A DNA stretch of 64,000 nucleotides from an uncultured virus (IMG/VR IMGVR_UViG_3300026521_000636) (IMGVR_UViG_3300026521_000636), one strand, 5' to 3'. Counted from the first letter of the stretch, positions 20,343-30,650 are shown. Numbers and translations are program-made. The notes: generated by a model not told the origin, from the letters alone.

Positions 20343-20938
20343 AAGAGTTAATTAAAGCAACTAAAAAATTTGATAATTTCTTAAAAATGCAATTATATGT
20401 CATTTTTATAATCAGTATGAGTTGGTCTTTGATACTACCTTTAATAACTAAATTACAAGGATTACTTTGGGCTACTAGTATTATTTCTATTTTTTTAATA
20501 TTGACTAAATTAACAGCTTTTATAGCTCCAAGATTTAAAAATATTAAATTGCATTTAGCATATAGAAATCTAATTATATTAGATGGACTTTATCTTCTAA
20601 GTCTTTCAACATATTTTATAAGCCCGTTGTTATTCTTGTATGTTGAAGGTGTATTAATGTTAATCTATACAATTATAATGTCGGTTTTTGGTATTAGATA
20701 TGATGCCTTTTTAATGAAAAAATACGATATTACTACTTTTGAAAACGTTCAATATGCTGAACGTATTTCAATGGCAACAGCATCAATCATAGGTTATTCT
20801 ATTGTTGTACTATTAGATCTGTTTACAAATAGTATTTCAACAGTTTTATACGTTTTCATTATAATTTTATTAATCAATCTATTGATGCAGATTTACAATT
20901 ATATATTTTATTGGAAAAGGTTGAATATTGGAAATTAA
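20339..20938 (+). CDS. multi-pass membrane protein (half-MFS-like)
   Basis: 5-6 hydrophobic segments. Confidence 0.65.
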   Translation: MKELIKATKKFDNFLKMQLYVIFIISMSWSLILPLITKLQGLLWATSIISIFLILTKLTAFIAPRFKNIKLHLAYRNLIILDGLYLLSLSTYFISPLLFLYVEGVLMLIYTIIMSVFGIRYDAFLMKKYDITTFENVQYAERISMATASIIGYSIVVLLDLFTNSISTVLYVFIIILLINLLMQIYNYIFYWKRLNIGN

Positions 20939-21242
20939 AGTTGGTAATATAAAATACGTAGTTAATAAAGACAAATATATTATAGCTAAAGTATATGTTT
21001 CGGAAATACTTGATGATGCTATTGTAGTACAAAATATAATTGAAGAAGATCTATGCCCGGCATTACTAAGAATACCAAATACACATAAAAATATAATATT
21101 TGATACTTATCACAATGCTAAAATTATGTTTGGTGCTCTCATCTTTAAAGAGGGGAAAAATATAAATGCCAAAATTGATTATAAATCATTTGATTCATTT
21201 GTAAAATATACAGAAAGATTTAGCCCAGAGCTATTAATTTAG
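20928..21242 (+). CDS. hypothetical protein (C-terminal SPELLI)
   Basis: ORF overlapping the upstream gene. Confidence 0.55.
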   Translation: MEIKVGNIKYVVNKDKYIIAKVYVSEILDDAIVVQNIIEEDLCPALLRIPNTHKNIIFDTYHNAKIMFGALIFKEGKNINAKIDYKSFDSFVKYTERFSPELLI

Positions 21243-21251
21243 GAGATAACA

Positions 21252-21746
21252 ATGAATTGTATAGGATTATTTGGTACTTGCGGTAACAGTAAATGGAGAG
21301 ATAGTTTCATTAAAGATTTTAAAGAACGAGATATTGAATGTTTTAACCCTTTAGTAGAAGATTGGAAACCAGAAGACGCTGTAATTGAAGCAGAACATTT
21401 AGCTAATGATAGCATTTTATTATTCCCAATAACAAAAGAAACGTACGGTGTAGGATCATTATCTGAAGTAGGTTTTGGAATATTAAACGCTATAAAAATA
21501 GATGATAGACGTGATTTCATAGTTATGATCGAAAGTGAATTAGATGATGAATTAATGAAAGATAAAGAAAGAGCTAAAGAAAGTTTAAGAGCAAGAGCAT
21601 TAGTTTTAGAACATCTTAAAAAACATAATTTTTCCAACGTGTATCTTGTTGATACATTTGATGAAATGGCAAATGCTGCTAGAGTTCTATATCGAGCGAA
21701 TTCTATTCGATCACAAATGGATAAATTTTCAATTAAAAATAAATAA
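21252..21746 (+). CDS. nucleoside 2-deoxyribosyltransferase-like protein
   Basis: GLFGTCGNSKWRD, FNP, SLSEVG pattern; AGGAG RBS. Confidence 0.65.
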   Translation: MNCIGLFGTCGNSKWRDSFIKDFKERDIECFNPLVEDWKPEDAVIEAEHLANDSILLFPITKETYGVGSLSEVGFGILNAIKIDDRRDFIVMIESELDDELMKDKERAKESLRARALVLEHLKKHNFSNVYLVDTFDEMANAARVLYRANSIRSQMDKFSIKNK

Positions 21747-21786
21747 TTGTAATAAATAATTCTAGAATATAAACTAGGATTATTAA

Positions 21787-22164
21787 ATGACATTAACACA
21801 ATTAAACGAATTTAACTTATTTGGTAATAAGAACAAAGAACTTAAATTTAAAAAACAAGGTGACTTTATTGAATTTGATTTGAGTGATAATAGATTCAAA
21901 AAAGATAGTATCAAATTTATTAAAATACGTAAACGAGATGGTTATCCAAATTTAGTAGGGCAATACAGAGCATTTATTAGAGCTAGAGGTCATGTATTCA
22001 AAGTTATAGACCCAAATTTTGATAACTTAATTCGAGAAATTATAAGAACCCTAAAAGATTTAAGAATAATGGCTAAAAGTAGTAGAACAGAAACAGCACC
22101 AGCAGATATTCCATATATAGAAGTAAAAGACTTTAAAGGAATTAAAGCTTACCTTGATAAATAA
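21787..22164 (+). CDS. hypothetical protein, possible internal head protein
   Basis: MTLTQLNE leader; AATAAATA upstream. Confidence 0.6.
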   Translation: MTLTQLNEFNLFGNKNKELKFKKQGDFIEFDLSDNRFKKDSIKFIKIRKRDGYPNLVGQYRAFIRARGHVFKVIDPNFDNLIREIIRTLKDLRIMAKSSRTETAPADIPYIEVKDFKGIKAYLDK

Positions 22165-22280
22165 TGTTAATTTTAGATATTATGACATATACAATCTTAT
22201 TTATACCCATAGTATATTTGATAATTACTAAGGGTACAGATCATTCATTTATGGATAAGATTATAAACCTCCGACGTTAA
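22164..22280 (+). CDS. small hydrophobic protein (38 aa, not in ORF track)
   Basis: TAATG coupling to the previous gene; MLILDIMTYTILFIPIVYLII. Confidence 0.4.
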   Translation: MLILDIMTYTILFIPIVYLIITKGTDHSFMDKIINLRR

Positions 22281-22311
22281 AATTGTAAAATACCTTAAAA
22301 AGGTATAAATT

Positions 22312-22710
22312 TTGACAACAACAGATATTTTTTTAAACCCCTTAGAAGAAAAGTTTTATAAATCAGGATTTGAATATTATAAAGAAGTAGGACATATCGA
22401 TAATGAGATTTTAGAACCTCTTTCAGAATTAAATTCTATTAATGGCTTAGCTTCATTATATTCATGCCAATCTCATCCAGAAAAAAACATTAATAGCAGT
22501 TATTTAATAATAAAATTTTCGGAAGAATTAACATACCCCATCACAAATGCTATTTACGATATTAAAGAAAAATATAACTTGGAAATAGAATGGTATAACT
22601 CATGCTACTATAATTTTGAAACATCATATTTCATTGATAATGTTGTGATTATTAGAGGTGGAACTGATTATAGATATTTTCAAGCTCTTTCTAATTTAAT
22701 AATTGACTGA
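22312..22710 (+). CDS. hypothetical protein, weak TYW3-like motif
   Basis: ID..I...L..LN...G...YSCQSH pattern; TTG start after AAGG. Confidence 0.5.
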   Translation: MTTTDIFLNPLEEKFYKSGFEYYKEVGHIDNEILEPLSELNSINGLASLYSCQSHPEKNINSSYLIIKFSEELTYPITNAIYDIKEKYNLEIEWYNSCYYNFETSYFIDNVVIIRGGTDYRYFQALSNLIID

Positions 22711-22754
22711 TTTTTTTGTAAAATAAATTAAAAATGAATAAAAGGATAGAATTA

Positions 22755-22994
22755 ATGGCTAAAGAAAATAATACTGAAGAGGTTATGAAAGTACAGATTT
22801 TTAATAATGTGTATGATTACAATCAATTATCAGACGACACAAAAAAAATGTTTATTTTACAGGATGATATAAGACGAGATTTAGCGTTTCATCACGCTAG
22901 AGCAGATGCAGCTCTAATGCATATTAGACAAAATTTAGAAGATTTAATTAAAAATGAAACCCCAATCGGTACAGTTGATAAAGGAGAAAAATAA
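22755..22994 (+). CDS. hypothetical protein
   Basis: AAGGA RBS before ATG 22755. Confidence 0.6.
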   Translation: MAKENNTEEVMKVQIFNNVYDYNQLSDDTKKMFILQDDIRRDLAFHHARADAALMHIRQNLEDLIKNETPIGTVDKGEK

Positions 22995-23320
22995 TGAGTA
23001 AAGTAAGAAAAGTTTATAAACTAATAGATAAATCGGTTATTTTAGGAACAGAATTAGAATCATCTGAATCTACAATAACTGTTGGTACACCAGTAAGTTT
23101 AACACAAGTCGTTAATCCACAAACAGGAGAACCGGAGATCGCATTTTTACCAATGGATTTAATATTCGCTGATGTTCAAGATTCAAAAAATCATGTAACA
23201 TTAAAACAATCTCATATTATGTGGGAAAAAGATATGGCTGATTTTCCAGCTTATGATGCAAACTATGTACAAACAACAACTGGTATTGAGCCTGTTACAT
23301 CTGGTATAATTAAGGGGTAA
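22994..23320 (+). CDS. hypothetical protein (Sm-like fold common in T4-like phages)
   Basis: KL....ILG...PV...F.P...HIM...Y...TTGI pattern; AAGGAG RBS. Confidence 0.55.
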   Translation: MSKVRKVYKLIDKSVILGTELESSESTITVGTPVSLTQVVNPQTGEPEIAFLPMDLIFADVQDSKNHVTLKQSHIMWEKDMADFPAYDANYVQTTTGIEPVTSGIIKG

Positions 23321-23323
23321 GTT

Positions 23324-23542
23324 ATGGTATTAACATTAGACGAAGCAAAAGCACATATTCAATATTATAAAGTTGCACATCCAAATCATTTTAAAGATAT
23401 TGGTGGTGAAAATATAACTGATGAAAAAATTGAAGAAGCTCTTAGAATTACTGAGGTTATTGCCGGTGGACTACCACAATCTGAAGATGAGATTTTTATA
23501 AATGAGTTAAAAAGAATTTGTAATGACACTCAACGAAGCTAA
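23324..23542 (+). CDS. hypothetical protein (tandem paralog A)
   Basis: TLDEAK...P..F...DEKIEEAL similar to the next ORF. Confidence 0.6.
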   Translation: MVLTLDEAKAHIQYYKVAHPNHFKDIGGENITDEKIEEALRITEVIAGGLPQSEDEIFINELKRICNDTQRS

Positions 23543-23777
23543 GCAATTTTATAGTAAATTTAAATCAAATTATCCTGAGAAAATATTTTCATTATCTGCA
23601 AATATTGAATTATCAGATGATAAATTGGATACAGCTATTTTTTTAGCTGAACAATTTTGGTTAAGTGAAAATATATCAGAAGAATCGGCATTTGAAAAAG
23701 CATTAAATTTCTTAATTAAAGAATCAAGGAACGATACAAATGAAGAAACTAAAAGAGATCGAATTCAAAACAACTAA
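23523..23777 (+). CDS. hypothetical protein (tandem paralog B)
   Basis: TLNEAK...YPEKIF...DDKLDTAI. Confidence 0.6.
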   Translation: MTLNEAKQFYSKFKSNYPEKIFSLSANIELSDDKLDTAIFLAEQFWLSENISEESAFEKALNFLIKESRNDTNEETKRDRIQNN

Positions 23778-23865
23778 TGTAGAATCTTTTATTGAAGAAT
23801 GTAGGACTTTAAAAATAAACTATGTAGGCATTATGAATTATTTAAGGACAGAGCATAATGGATAA
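23740..23865 (+). CDS. small hypothetical protein (41 aa, not in ORF track)
   Basis: AAGGA RBS, MKKLKEIEFK..., fills the gap before NADAR. Confidence 0.4.
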   Translation: MKKLKEIEFKTTNVESFIEECRTLKINYVGIMNYLRTEHNG

Positions 23866-24373
23866 ATTAACAGAACAATATCGACAAACAGATTCTCATT
23901 TTTATTTTTGGAATACTATATATTCGCAATGGTACACATCAAAAAATCAAATCAATGATAATGGTGTAAGCTATCCAAATGCTGAGAAATATATGATGGT
24001 TGCAAAAGCTAAACATTTCGATGATGATAAAATATTAGAAAAAATGTTAAAAACTGATAACCCAAAGGAAGTTAAAGCACTTGGTAGAAGGGTTAAAAAT
24101 TTTAACGATGAAAGTTGGGATAAAGTTAAGGAAGATATTGTTACCAAAGCAAATTACCTTAAATTTAAACAAAACTCAGATTTATTAAAGATACTCATGG
24201 AACATAAAGATTTAATTCTTGTAGAGGCTTCACCAGTTGATAAAATTTGGGGTATTGGTTTACATTTTTCCGATAATAAAGTACTGGATGAATCAAAATG
24301 GCGTGGAAAAAATCTACTAGGAAAATGTATAATGAAAGCTAGAGATTTAATATTAAAAGAAGAGGAAAAATAA
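23858..24373 (+). CDS. NADAR family protein (YbiA-like)
   Basis: SQWY, AEKYMM..KA..F.D, KALGRRVKNF, KFKQN, LVEASPVDKIWGIG, GKNLLG. Confidence 0.92.
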   Translation: MDKLTEQYRQTDSHFYFWNTIYSQWYTSKNQINDNGVSYPNAEKYMMVAKAKHFDDDKILEKMLKTDNPKEVKALGRRVKNFNDESWDKVKEDIVTKANYLKFKQNSDLLKILMEHKDLILVEASPVDKIWGIGLHFSDNKVLDESKWRGKNLLGKCIMKARDLILKEEEK

Positions 24374-24376
24374 AAT

Positions 24377-26002
24377 ATGAGTAAAAAGAAAATTAAAGAT
24401 TTAATTATTGGCACGGAAGCTAGAGATGCATTAGCACAAGGAGTAGAATCAGTTGTTAATGCAGTTGGTACTACACTTGGACCAAAAGGTCAAAATGTAT
24501 TAATTGATAGTGGACATCCTATGGCACCTTCAACAATCACAAAGGACGGTGTAACAGTTATTAGAAATCTTCAGTTATCAGATTATACAGAAAATTTAGC
24601 AGTAAAAATTCTAAGACAAGCATCAGAAAAAACTGTTGATGAGTGCGGTGACGGTACAACTACTACTGCTATTTTGGGTGGAGCAATTTATACAGAAGGC
24701 CTTAAGCATTTAGCAAGTGGAGCTAATCCCGTTATGATTAAAAGAGGTATTGATAAAGTAGTTAGTAAACTAATTGAATCTCTTGATAATATTAAAGTTG
24801 ATGTGACTACTGATGATCAAATTAGAAATGTCGCGACAATTTCTGCTAATGGTGATGAAGAAATTGGTAGTCTAATTGTTCAAGCTATGGATAAAGTTGG
24901 GAAAGATGGAGTTATTACTGTTGAAAATGGTAAATCTATGAATGATGAATTAGAAACAACTGATGGAATGAAAATTGATAGAGGATTTGCTAGTGCATAC
25001 TTTGTTACTAATCCTGAAAAAAATATCGCTGAATTACAAAATCCATTAATTCTTGTTACTGATTATGAATTCCAAACAGCAAATGATGTTGTTCCACTTT
25101 TAGAAGCAGCACATAGTAAATCAAGACCATTATTAATTATCTCTGAAGGTGGAAGTGCAGAAGCATTACAAACTCTAATCGTTAATAAATTGAAAGGTGT
25201 TATTTCTGTTTGTGCTATTGATGCACCTGGTTTTGGTGCTAGAAAAAAAGAATATCTAAAAGATATTGCTGCAATGGTAGGAGCTGAGTTCGTATCTGCT
25301 GATTTAGATATTTCTATTGAACAAATTACAGCCGATATGATGGGTTCATGTGAAAAAGCGATTATATCAAAATTTGATACAACATTAGTAAATAGTCAAC
25401 CTAGAGGAACATCAAAAGATGATAGATTAGCGGAGTTACAAGGTCAAATCAAAGTTGCTGATAATCAATATGATATTGAATTTTATAAAGAACGTATTGC
25501 TAAAATGACTGGCGGTGTAGCTGTTATTCGAGTTGGTGGTGCTTCAGAAACAGAAGTTGAAGAGAAAAAAGATAGGGTCGATGATGCTCTTGGTGCTACT
25601 CATGCAGCAGTTGAAAGTGGTATTGTAATTGGCGGTGGATGTGCATTATTACATGCTGCCGAAAGTGTAAATGTTAAAGATTTAAATATTGCTAATTCTG
25701 ATGAAGCTGCGGGTGTACAAATTATATTAGAAGCTATCAAACAACCACTTAAATTAATTGTTGAAAATGGTGGAGGAAGTGGAGATTTTGTATCTGAAAC
25801 TGTTATTAGAAATACTGATATAGAAGGGTATGGATTTAATGCAGCGACTGAAGAGTATGGCGACCTTTTTGAAATGGGTATTATTGACCCAGTAAAAGTA
25901 ACAAAATCAGCTCTTAAAAATGCTGCATCAGTTGCTACATTACTACTAACATCAAAAACTATCTTAATGAAACAAAATCAAGCAACAGCTGTTCATGGCT
26001 AA
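24377..26002 (+). CDS. groEL: chaperonin GroEL-like
   Basis: TLGPKG, ITKDGVTV, GDGTTT, APGFG, EKKDRVDDAL, GGG, GIIDPVKV. Confidence 0.97.
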   Translation: MSKKKIKDLIIGTEARDALAQGVESVVNAVGTTLGPKGQNVLIDSGHPMAPSTITKDGVTVIRNLQLSDYTENLAVKILRQASEKTVDECGDGTTTTAILGGAIYTEGLKHLASGANPVMIKRGIDKVVSKLIESLDNIKVDVTTDDQIRNVATISANGDEEIGSLIVQAMDKVGKDGVITVENGKSMNDELETTDGMKIDRGFASAYFVTNPEKNIAELQNPLILVTDYEFQTANDVVPLLEAAHSKSRPLLIISEGGSAEALQTLIVNKLKGVISVCAIDAPGFGARKKEYLKDIAAMVGAEFVSADLDISIEQITADMMGSCEKAIISKFDTTLVNSQPRGTSKDDRLAELQGQIKVADNQYDIEFYKERIAKMTGGVAVIRVGGASETEVEEKKDRVDDALGATHAAVESGIVIGGGCALLHAAESVNVKDLNIANSDEAAGVQIILEAIKQPLKLIVENGGGSGDFVSETVIRNTDIEGYGFNAATEEYGDLFEMGIIDPVKVTKSALKNAASVATLLLTSKTILMKQNQATAVHG

Positions 26003-26056
26003 TAATTAATTTTTATTTAATAATCCTTTTTGTATAATAATATAAAAGGATTATTA

Positions 26057-26485
26057 ATGACTATAATTGAAATGCTTGAAACTCCAGAAAAATATATTCC
26101 ACACGGCGATTATTGCTATTATAACAACACCAACTGTCCATTTTGGGAATTAAAAAGTGGTGAATATCCTCCACAAGAAGATGGATATTGTCATTACTTA
26201 CACGAATCTGATTGGGATTATAATGAACGGTCTAAAGCTGAAATTGTTTATGCTAAAAATCCAGATCTAATAGGTACAAATGTAAATGACTACTTTGATG
26301 ATGATATTGACCCAATATCAGGAAAGAAAACACATTTCCCAGTAAGTTTATTATTCGATCAAGTAAAAAGTTGTAATGTAAATATGGATGGTTATGACGA
26401 TACTATTATTATTCAATATGATTCTGATACAGGTGAAAAAAATGAAATTTCCATAGGAGATTTAAAAAAGACTAACAATGCTTAA
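26057..26485 (+). CDS. hypothetical protein (Cys-containing)
   Basis: IPHGDYCY...CPFW...GYC...DQVKSC; ATG 26057 after AAGGA. Confidence 0.65.
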   Translation: MTIIEMLETPEKYIPHGDYCYYNNTNCPFWELKSGEYPPQEDGYCHYLHESDWDYNERSKAEIVYAKNPDLIGTNVNDYFDDDIDPISGKKTHFPVSLLFDQVKSCNVNMDGYDDTIIIQYDSDTGEKNEISIGDLKKTNNA

Positions 26486-26879
26486 AATAGAAACTTCAAC
26501 AAATAAATCGTCTAAATCTATGTTTATAAAAGGGATTATCCACTTTACGGATAATGAATTAAATTTTGAAGTTCTACAAGAAGAATTCTTTTTTAATTTC
26601 TTGGAAAAGAATGGGGAATTCTTATCCCAATCCGATTTTGATATTCGCCTTGAATACGATTTAAAAGAGTTTGAGTGGGATATTAATCCTAAAGAAGATG
26701 AAGTGTACGGAGTGCTATGGGAATTTAAATTACACTCTAACAAATCTTGGACGGATTGTGGTTATGAATATGATAGTGAGATAGAAACTATTAATTTAAC
26801 TTTTGATCTTTTTGACTTAGAAGCTACTAATAGGGTTTTAAATGATGAAAGATATTTTAGCTTTGAAGGAGATAATTGA
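26478..26879 (+). CDS. hypothetical protein
   Basis: Acidic ORF coupled to neighbours. Confidence 0.6.
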   Translation: MLKIETSTNKSSKSMFIKGIIHFTDNELNFEVLQEEFFFNFLEKNGEFLSQSDFDIRLEYDLKEFEWDINPKEDEVYGVLWEFKLHSNKSWTDCGYEYDSEIETINLTFDLFDLEATNRVLNDERYFSFEGDN

Positions 26880-27319
26880 TGATATGCCCAATTTGTAATA
26901 AAGGTAAGGCATTACCAAATGAAAAACAACCTCAGCCTGGAACACATGCTTATACCATAGTTTATGATTGTGGTACAAAGATTGATTATGCTTATGGGTA
27001 TGATGATTATGAAGAAGTTACAGTTAAATGTACCGATAAAAAAACCAATTCAAATGAAAAACCAAAACCACAAGAAAAAAATAATAAATTATCTTCAATA
27101 ATATTTGAACACAAAGGTTTATTTCCGGAATCGGATATACATTTAGTTCATAAAGTTTTAGGATTTATGGTTGAAGCTATTGAAGATGCCCCTAAAAATA
27201 AAAGAGATATTCAATCTTTAAATGGTTCGGAGTTAATGAAAGAAGTTATGAAAAAAGGTAAAGGATCACTCAATCCAAACACAGTTGAAAAAATTATTAA
27301 ATTTATTAAGGAGATATAA
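26876..27319 (+). CDS. Zn-ribbon plus GatB/YqeY-like C-terminal domain protein
   Basis: CPIC...C..C; C-terminal LMKEVMKKGKGSLNP. Confidence 0.55.
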   Translation: MMICPICNKGKALPNEKQPQPGTHAYTIVYDCGTKIDYAYGYDDYEEVTVKCTDKKTNSNEKPKPQEKNNKLSSIIFEHKGLFPESDIHLVHKVLGFMVEAIEDAPKNKRDIQSLNGSELMKEVMKKGKGSLNPNTVEKIIKFIKEI

Positions 27320-27321
27320 TA

Positions 27322-27843
27322 ATGAAATTAAAAGACTTAATCAATGAAGAAAAAGAAACTAAAGGGACTTATGCAGGTGTATTACTTAGTCAAGACGATG
27401 AAGATAAAATCATCTCAATAGTGAAAGAAATGGGAATACCTAATCCTATTCCTCGAAAAGATATTCATATTACACTTTTGTATAGTAGAAAGGTACTACC
27501 AGATTATAAACCAAATGAAAATTTAGATATTTGGGCATATCCGACTGAATTTCATATTTTTAATGGTGGTAATGGTAAAGATATTCTTGTATTAAAGATT
27601 GACTCTCCTGATTTAGTTAAAAGACATAAAGAGTTGATGAAAGAACATGAAGCTACTTATGATTTCCCAGAATATATCCCACATATCACATTAAGTTATG
27701 ATTTAGAAGATTATTTAAATACAGAAGATGATAGACTTAAAGCCATTAATGAAAAATTTAAAAGTTTATTACCTAAAGAGTTTCATTTAGTTAGAGAATA
27801 CGTAGAAGATTTAAATTTAGATTGGGAGAATAGTAATGACTGA
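27322..27843 (+). CDS. acb1: anti-CBASS 2H phosphoesterase Acb1 (T4 gp57B-like)
   Basis: Two HxT motifs in T4 57B-like context: PNPIPRKDIHITLLYSR, LVL..DS, ATYDFPEYIPHITLSY, REY.E.L.LDW. Confidence 0.85.
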   Translation: MKLKDLINEEKETKGTYAGVLLSQDDEDKIISIVKEMGIPNPIPRKDIHITLLYSRKVLPDYKPNENLDIWAYPTEFHIFNGGNGKDILVLKIDSPDLVKRHKELMKEHEATYDFPEYIPHITLSYDLEDYLNTEDDRLKAINEKFKSLLPKEFHLVREYVEDLNLDWENSND

Positions 27844-28783
27844 AAATCTGTTAAATTATATTAAAGAGTTATCACTTAATGATAAAAAAACTTTAATTCA
27901 AAAAGTCACTAAGCTATTTGAAGAAGGTGGTGAACTTTCTAAAGTAGTTTTACCATTTGAAGGAGCTTATGCTACAAATCATAGAGTAGTAAACAAACAA
28001 AAGATTCTTGAAGAATGTGCTGATGTTTTTCTAGTAAACCAAAGTATAATGTATAGTGCCGGGTTTACTGATGAAGAATTCAATGATATGGTTTTAAAGA
28101 AAGCTCAAGTATGGAATGGATTACAAGTTAAAGAAGATAGAGCATTAGCAAAAAGTGATTTGATGCCTTATGAAATTCATATTACAGTTAATGCTGAAAA
28201 TGGCATTGATATAGAACAATATAAAAAAGATTGTAAATTTATCGGTGTTAAACCTATTGTACTTGATTTACAAGATAAATCCGGTGAACCTGTTATGGAT
28301 GATGTAATGACTTCATCTAAAATTGTTGGTAATAATGGTGAAGCATTTGAAGAAATGAAAAGAATTTCTAATCATCTAACTTCACTAGGTTATAATGTAA
28401 TTAGAGAAAAGATTGAAGCCAGTTATTGGCATACTAAAGCACCTTTTAAAATTGATGGCGATACAAAAATGCCAGAGGGATGCTATTTTGAATGCCACCT
28501 AAACGTTTCTTGTACAGATGAAAAATTACCTCTACTATCAACTATAGCAAAAAATACAAATTGTCATCTTTCAAAAAATAAATTTAAAGTATTTGATGAT
28601 GGAAGCTTTACAATTATGATGACTTATCGAAGCTATGACCAAATGTTTGAAGATTTTGAAGATAGTTTAAAATGGATTAAAAAATGTTTAATTACAGATA
28701 ATTTTGAATTAGAAAAAGAAGTAGTGGAATTTAGTATCTATGATACAAAAATTACTCATGACTCAAAATGGTTGGAAGCGTAA
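27836..28783 (+). CDS. MazG-like nucleotide pyrophosphohydrolase domain fusion
   Basis: KLFEEGGEL...EECAD N-terminal MazG motif; C-terminal YEIHITV / FECH duplicated domain. Confidence 0.65.
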   Translation: MTENLLNYIKELSLNDKKTLIQKVTKLFEEGGELSKVVLPFEGAYATNHRVVNKQKILEECADVFLVNQSIMYSAGFTDEEFNDMVLKKAQVWNGLQVKEDRALAKSDLMPYEIHITVNAENGIDIEQYKKDCKFIGVKPIVLDLQDKSGEPVMDDVMTSSKIVGNNGEAFEEMKRISNHLTSLGYNVIREKIEASYWHTKAPFKIDGDTKMPEGCYFECHLNVSCTDEKLPLLSTIAKNTNCHLSKNKFKVFDDGSFTIMMTYRSYDQMFEDFEDSLKWIKKCLITDNFELEKEVVEFSIYDTKITHDSKWLEA

Positions 28784-29126
28784 ATTGAATACTAATCTTC
28801 TTGAGAAAAAAGCTGATGAATTAATAGACAATGCAGGAATTGTTTGTTTATGCGGTAGTACAAAATTTAAAAAAGAATTTGAAATAGCTACTTCAATATT
28901 ATCCAAAAAAGGCTTTATTGTATTAAGTGTTGCACAATTTTCCCATCATGATAATTTACCTTTAACCGAATTTGAAAAAATAACTTTTAATAAGTTACAT
29001 TTTAAAAAAATAGAATTAGCAGATTTAGTTTATATTGTCAATCCAAATAATTATATTGGTGAATCTACAAAGGATGAAATTGAATATGCTAAATCTCTAA
29101 ATAAAAAAATACAATATATGTTTTGA
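28758..29126 (+). CDS. hypothetical protein, NDT/DUF4406-like
   Basis: CLCGSTKF...H..KI..AD...N...YIGEST..EIEYA; start uncertain. Confidence 0.6.
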   Translation: MTQNGWKRKLNTNLLEKKADELIDNAGIVCLCGSTKFKKEFEIATSILSKKGFIVLSVAQFSHHDNLPLTEFEKITFNKLHFKKIELADLVYIVNPNNYIGESTKDEIEYAKSLNKKIQYMF

Positions 29127-29157
29127 ATTTGTATAATATAATAAAAAAAGGAAGAAT

Positions 29158-29316
29158 ATGGATCATAAAATTCGAGAATTATTAGAAAAAATCCAACATT
29201 TTACAAATAAAGCCGTAGGTTTACTACAAGAAGAAAAATATGATGAAGCCGCTTTTTTCTTTAATCTAAGTTCTAGTTTAAATTCTGAAATCGCATTACT
29301 AATAAAGAGAGATTAA
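29158..29316 (+). CDS. small hypothetical protein (52 aa, not in ORF track)
   Basis: TGTATAAT promoter 29130, AAGGAAG RBS, MDHKIRELLEK... Confidence 0.55.
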   Translation: MDHKIRELLEKIQHFTNKAVGLLQEEKYDEAAFFFNLSSSLNSEIALLIKRD

Positions 29317-29318
29317 TA

Positions 29319-30650
29319 GTGATTACATTAGAATATGTTGCTAGTGCTTGGATGAATTTTAATTTCCTAAATTCAAAAGACCCGGAATTATTAAAATGGG
29401 CATCTGAAAATTATACTGCAAATTTAAAATATATGATGAGTAAATTAGAAAATAATATTTTTGAATTTTCCGGACTTTATAATGCTTTTTATGAACCCGA
29501 ACAATATGAGCGTATTTTAGAATGTGGAATAAGTGATCCGAGTTGCGGACATAAACATGTTTATGCTGATAGTGGTGGTCTTCAGATGATGAAGCAAAAT
29601 CTAAATATTACTGAAGAGATTAAAAAAAATATAATGCAAAATCAAGCAAAATACTCAGATTTTGCATTTATTTTTGATGAAATACCATCTTATAATGTTG
29701 ATGATACACGAGTATTTGTGAATGAATGGGTAAAACCTTACGGTGAAAGAACAGGACAAAATTTAAATACATTATTAAAAGTTATAAAAGATAATAATTC
29801 TCATACAAAAGCAATACCTATTGTTCAAGGTAGAGGAAGAGAGCAAATAACTGAATTTACAAACGCAATGTTATCTCAAATATCAAAGAACGATTTAAAA
29901 TATATTGAAGCTTTTGCTATGGGTAATGCCCATGGAAATGGTTTTGGTTTATTGCAATCTACTAGTACTTTTTTATCTATGAAAAATATCGATAATAAAT
30001 TTAAAAAACACATTCACTTACTTGGAGTAACAGGTTTTGATAGGATGATTCCAATTCTTCAATTAGTAAAAAATGGTTTATTTGAGCATACCGAAAAGAT
30101 TTCATTTGATAGCAGTTATCATGCTAAAACCTATGCTTTTGGCAATCTTCAAAAAAGCGTTGAATGGTGTATTAATGGTATGCAAGATGATAAATTAGGT
30201 TTAAAAAGAAATAAAATGACAGAAGACTTTTTTAAAGAATTAGATGATTTTTGGAAAAATTCTCCCACGTATAATATTGATGAATTTGATGACTATTTTA
30301 AATATTCATCATGGGATAAAGATAAAATCAACACACCAAATAGACAATTAGCTGAGCGAGACGTAGAAGCATATAAAAAAAATGTAAATATTATTCAAAA
30401 TTATATTTTCTTAAATATGTACAAATATTTTGAAGTTTTAAATAAATTTATGACTGATGAACTTACTATGGAGCAGATTCTCCATAGTAAAAAAACTCTA
30501 AAGATATTCCAACCATTACAAAATGTATATTCACTTGATGAATTATATGATTGGGAAAATTATGCCGCATCAAATTATAAAGTTCAAGTTAGTAGCTCTA
30601 TCGATAAAGCACCTTTTGACATTGATAAAGTAACTGATGTTTTATTTTAA
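29319..30650 (+). CDS. TGT/DpdA-like guanine transglycosylase, paralog 5
   Basis: LYNAFYE, YADSGGLQ, FDE, PIVQG, HIHLLG, SFDS. Confidence 0.8.
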   Translation: MITLEYVASAWMNFNFLNSKDPELLKWASENYTANLKYMMSKLENNIFEFSGLYNAFYEPEQYERILECGISDPSCGHKHVYADSGGLQMMKQNLNITEEIKKNIMQNQAKYSDFAFIFDEIPSYNVDDTRVFVNEWVKPYGERTGQNLNTLLKVIKDNNSHTKAIPIVQGRGREQITEFTNAMLSQISKNDLKYIEAFAMGNAHGNGFGLLQSTSTFLSMKNIDNKFKKHIHLLGVTGFDRMIPILQLVKNGLFEHTEKISFDSSYHAKTYAFGNLQKSVEWCINGMQDDKLGLKRNKMTEDFFKELDDFWKNSPTYNIDEFDDYFKYSSWDKDKINTPNRQLAERDVEAYKKNVNIIQNYIFLNMYKYFEVLNKFMTDELTMEQILHSKKTLKIFQPLQNVYSLDELYDWENYAASNYKVQVSSSIDKAPFDIDKVTDVLF

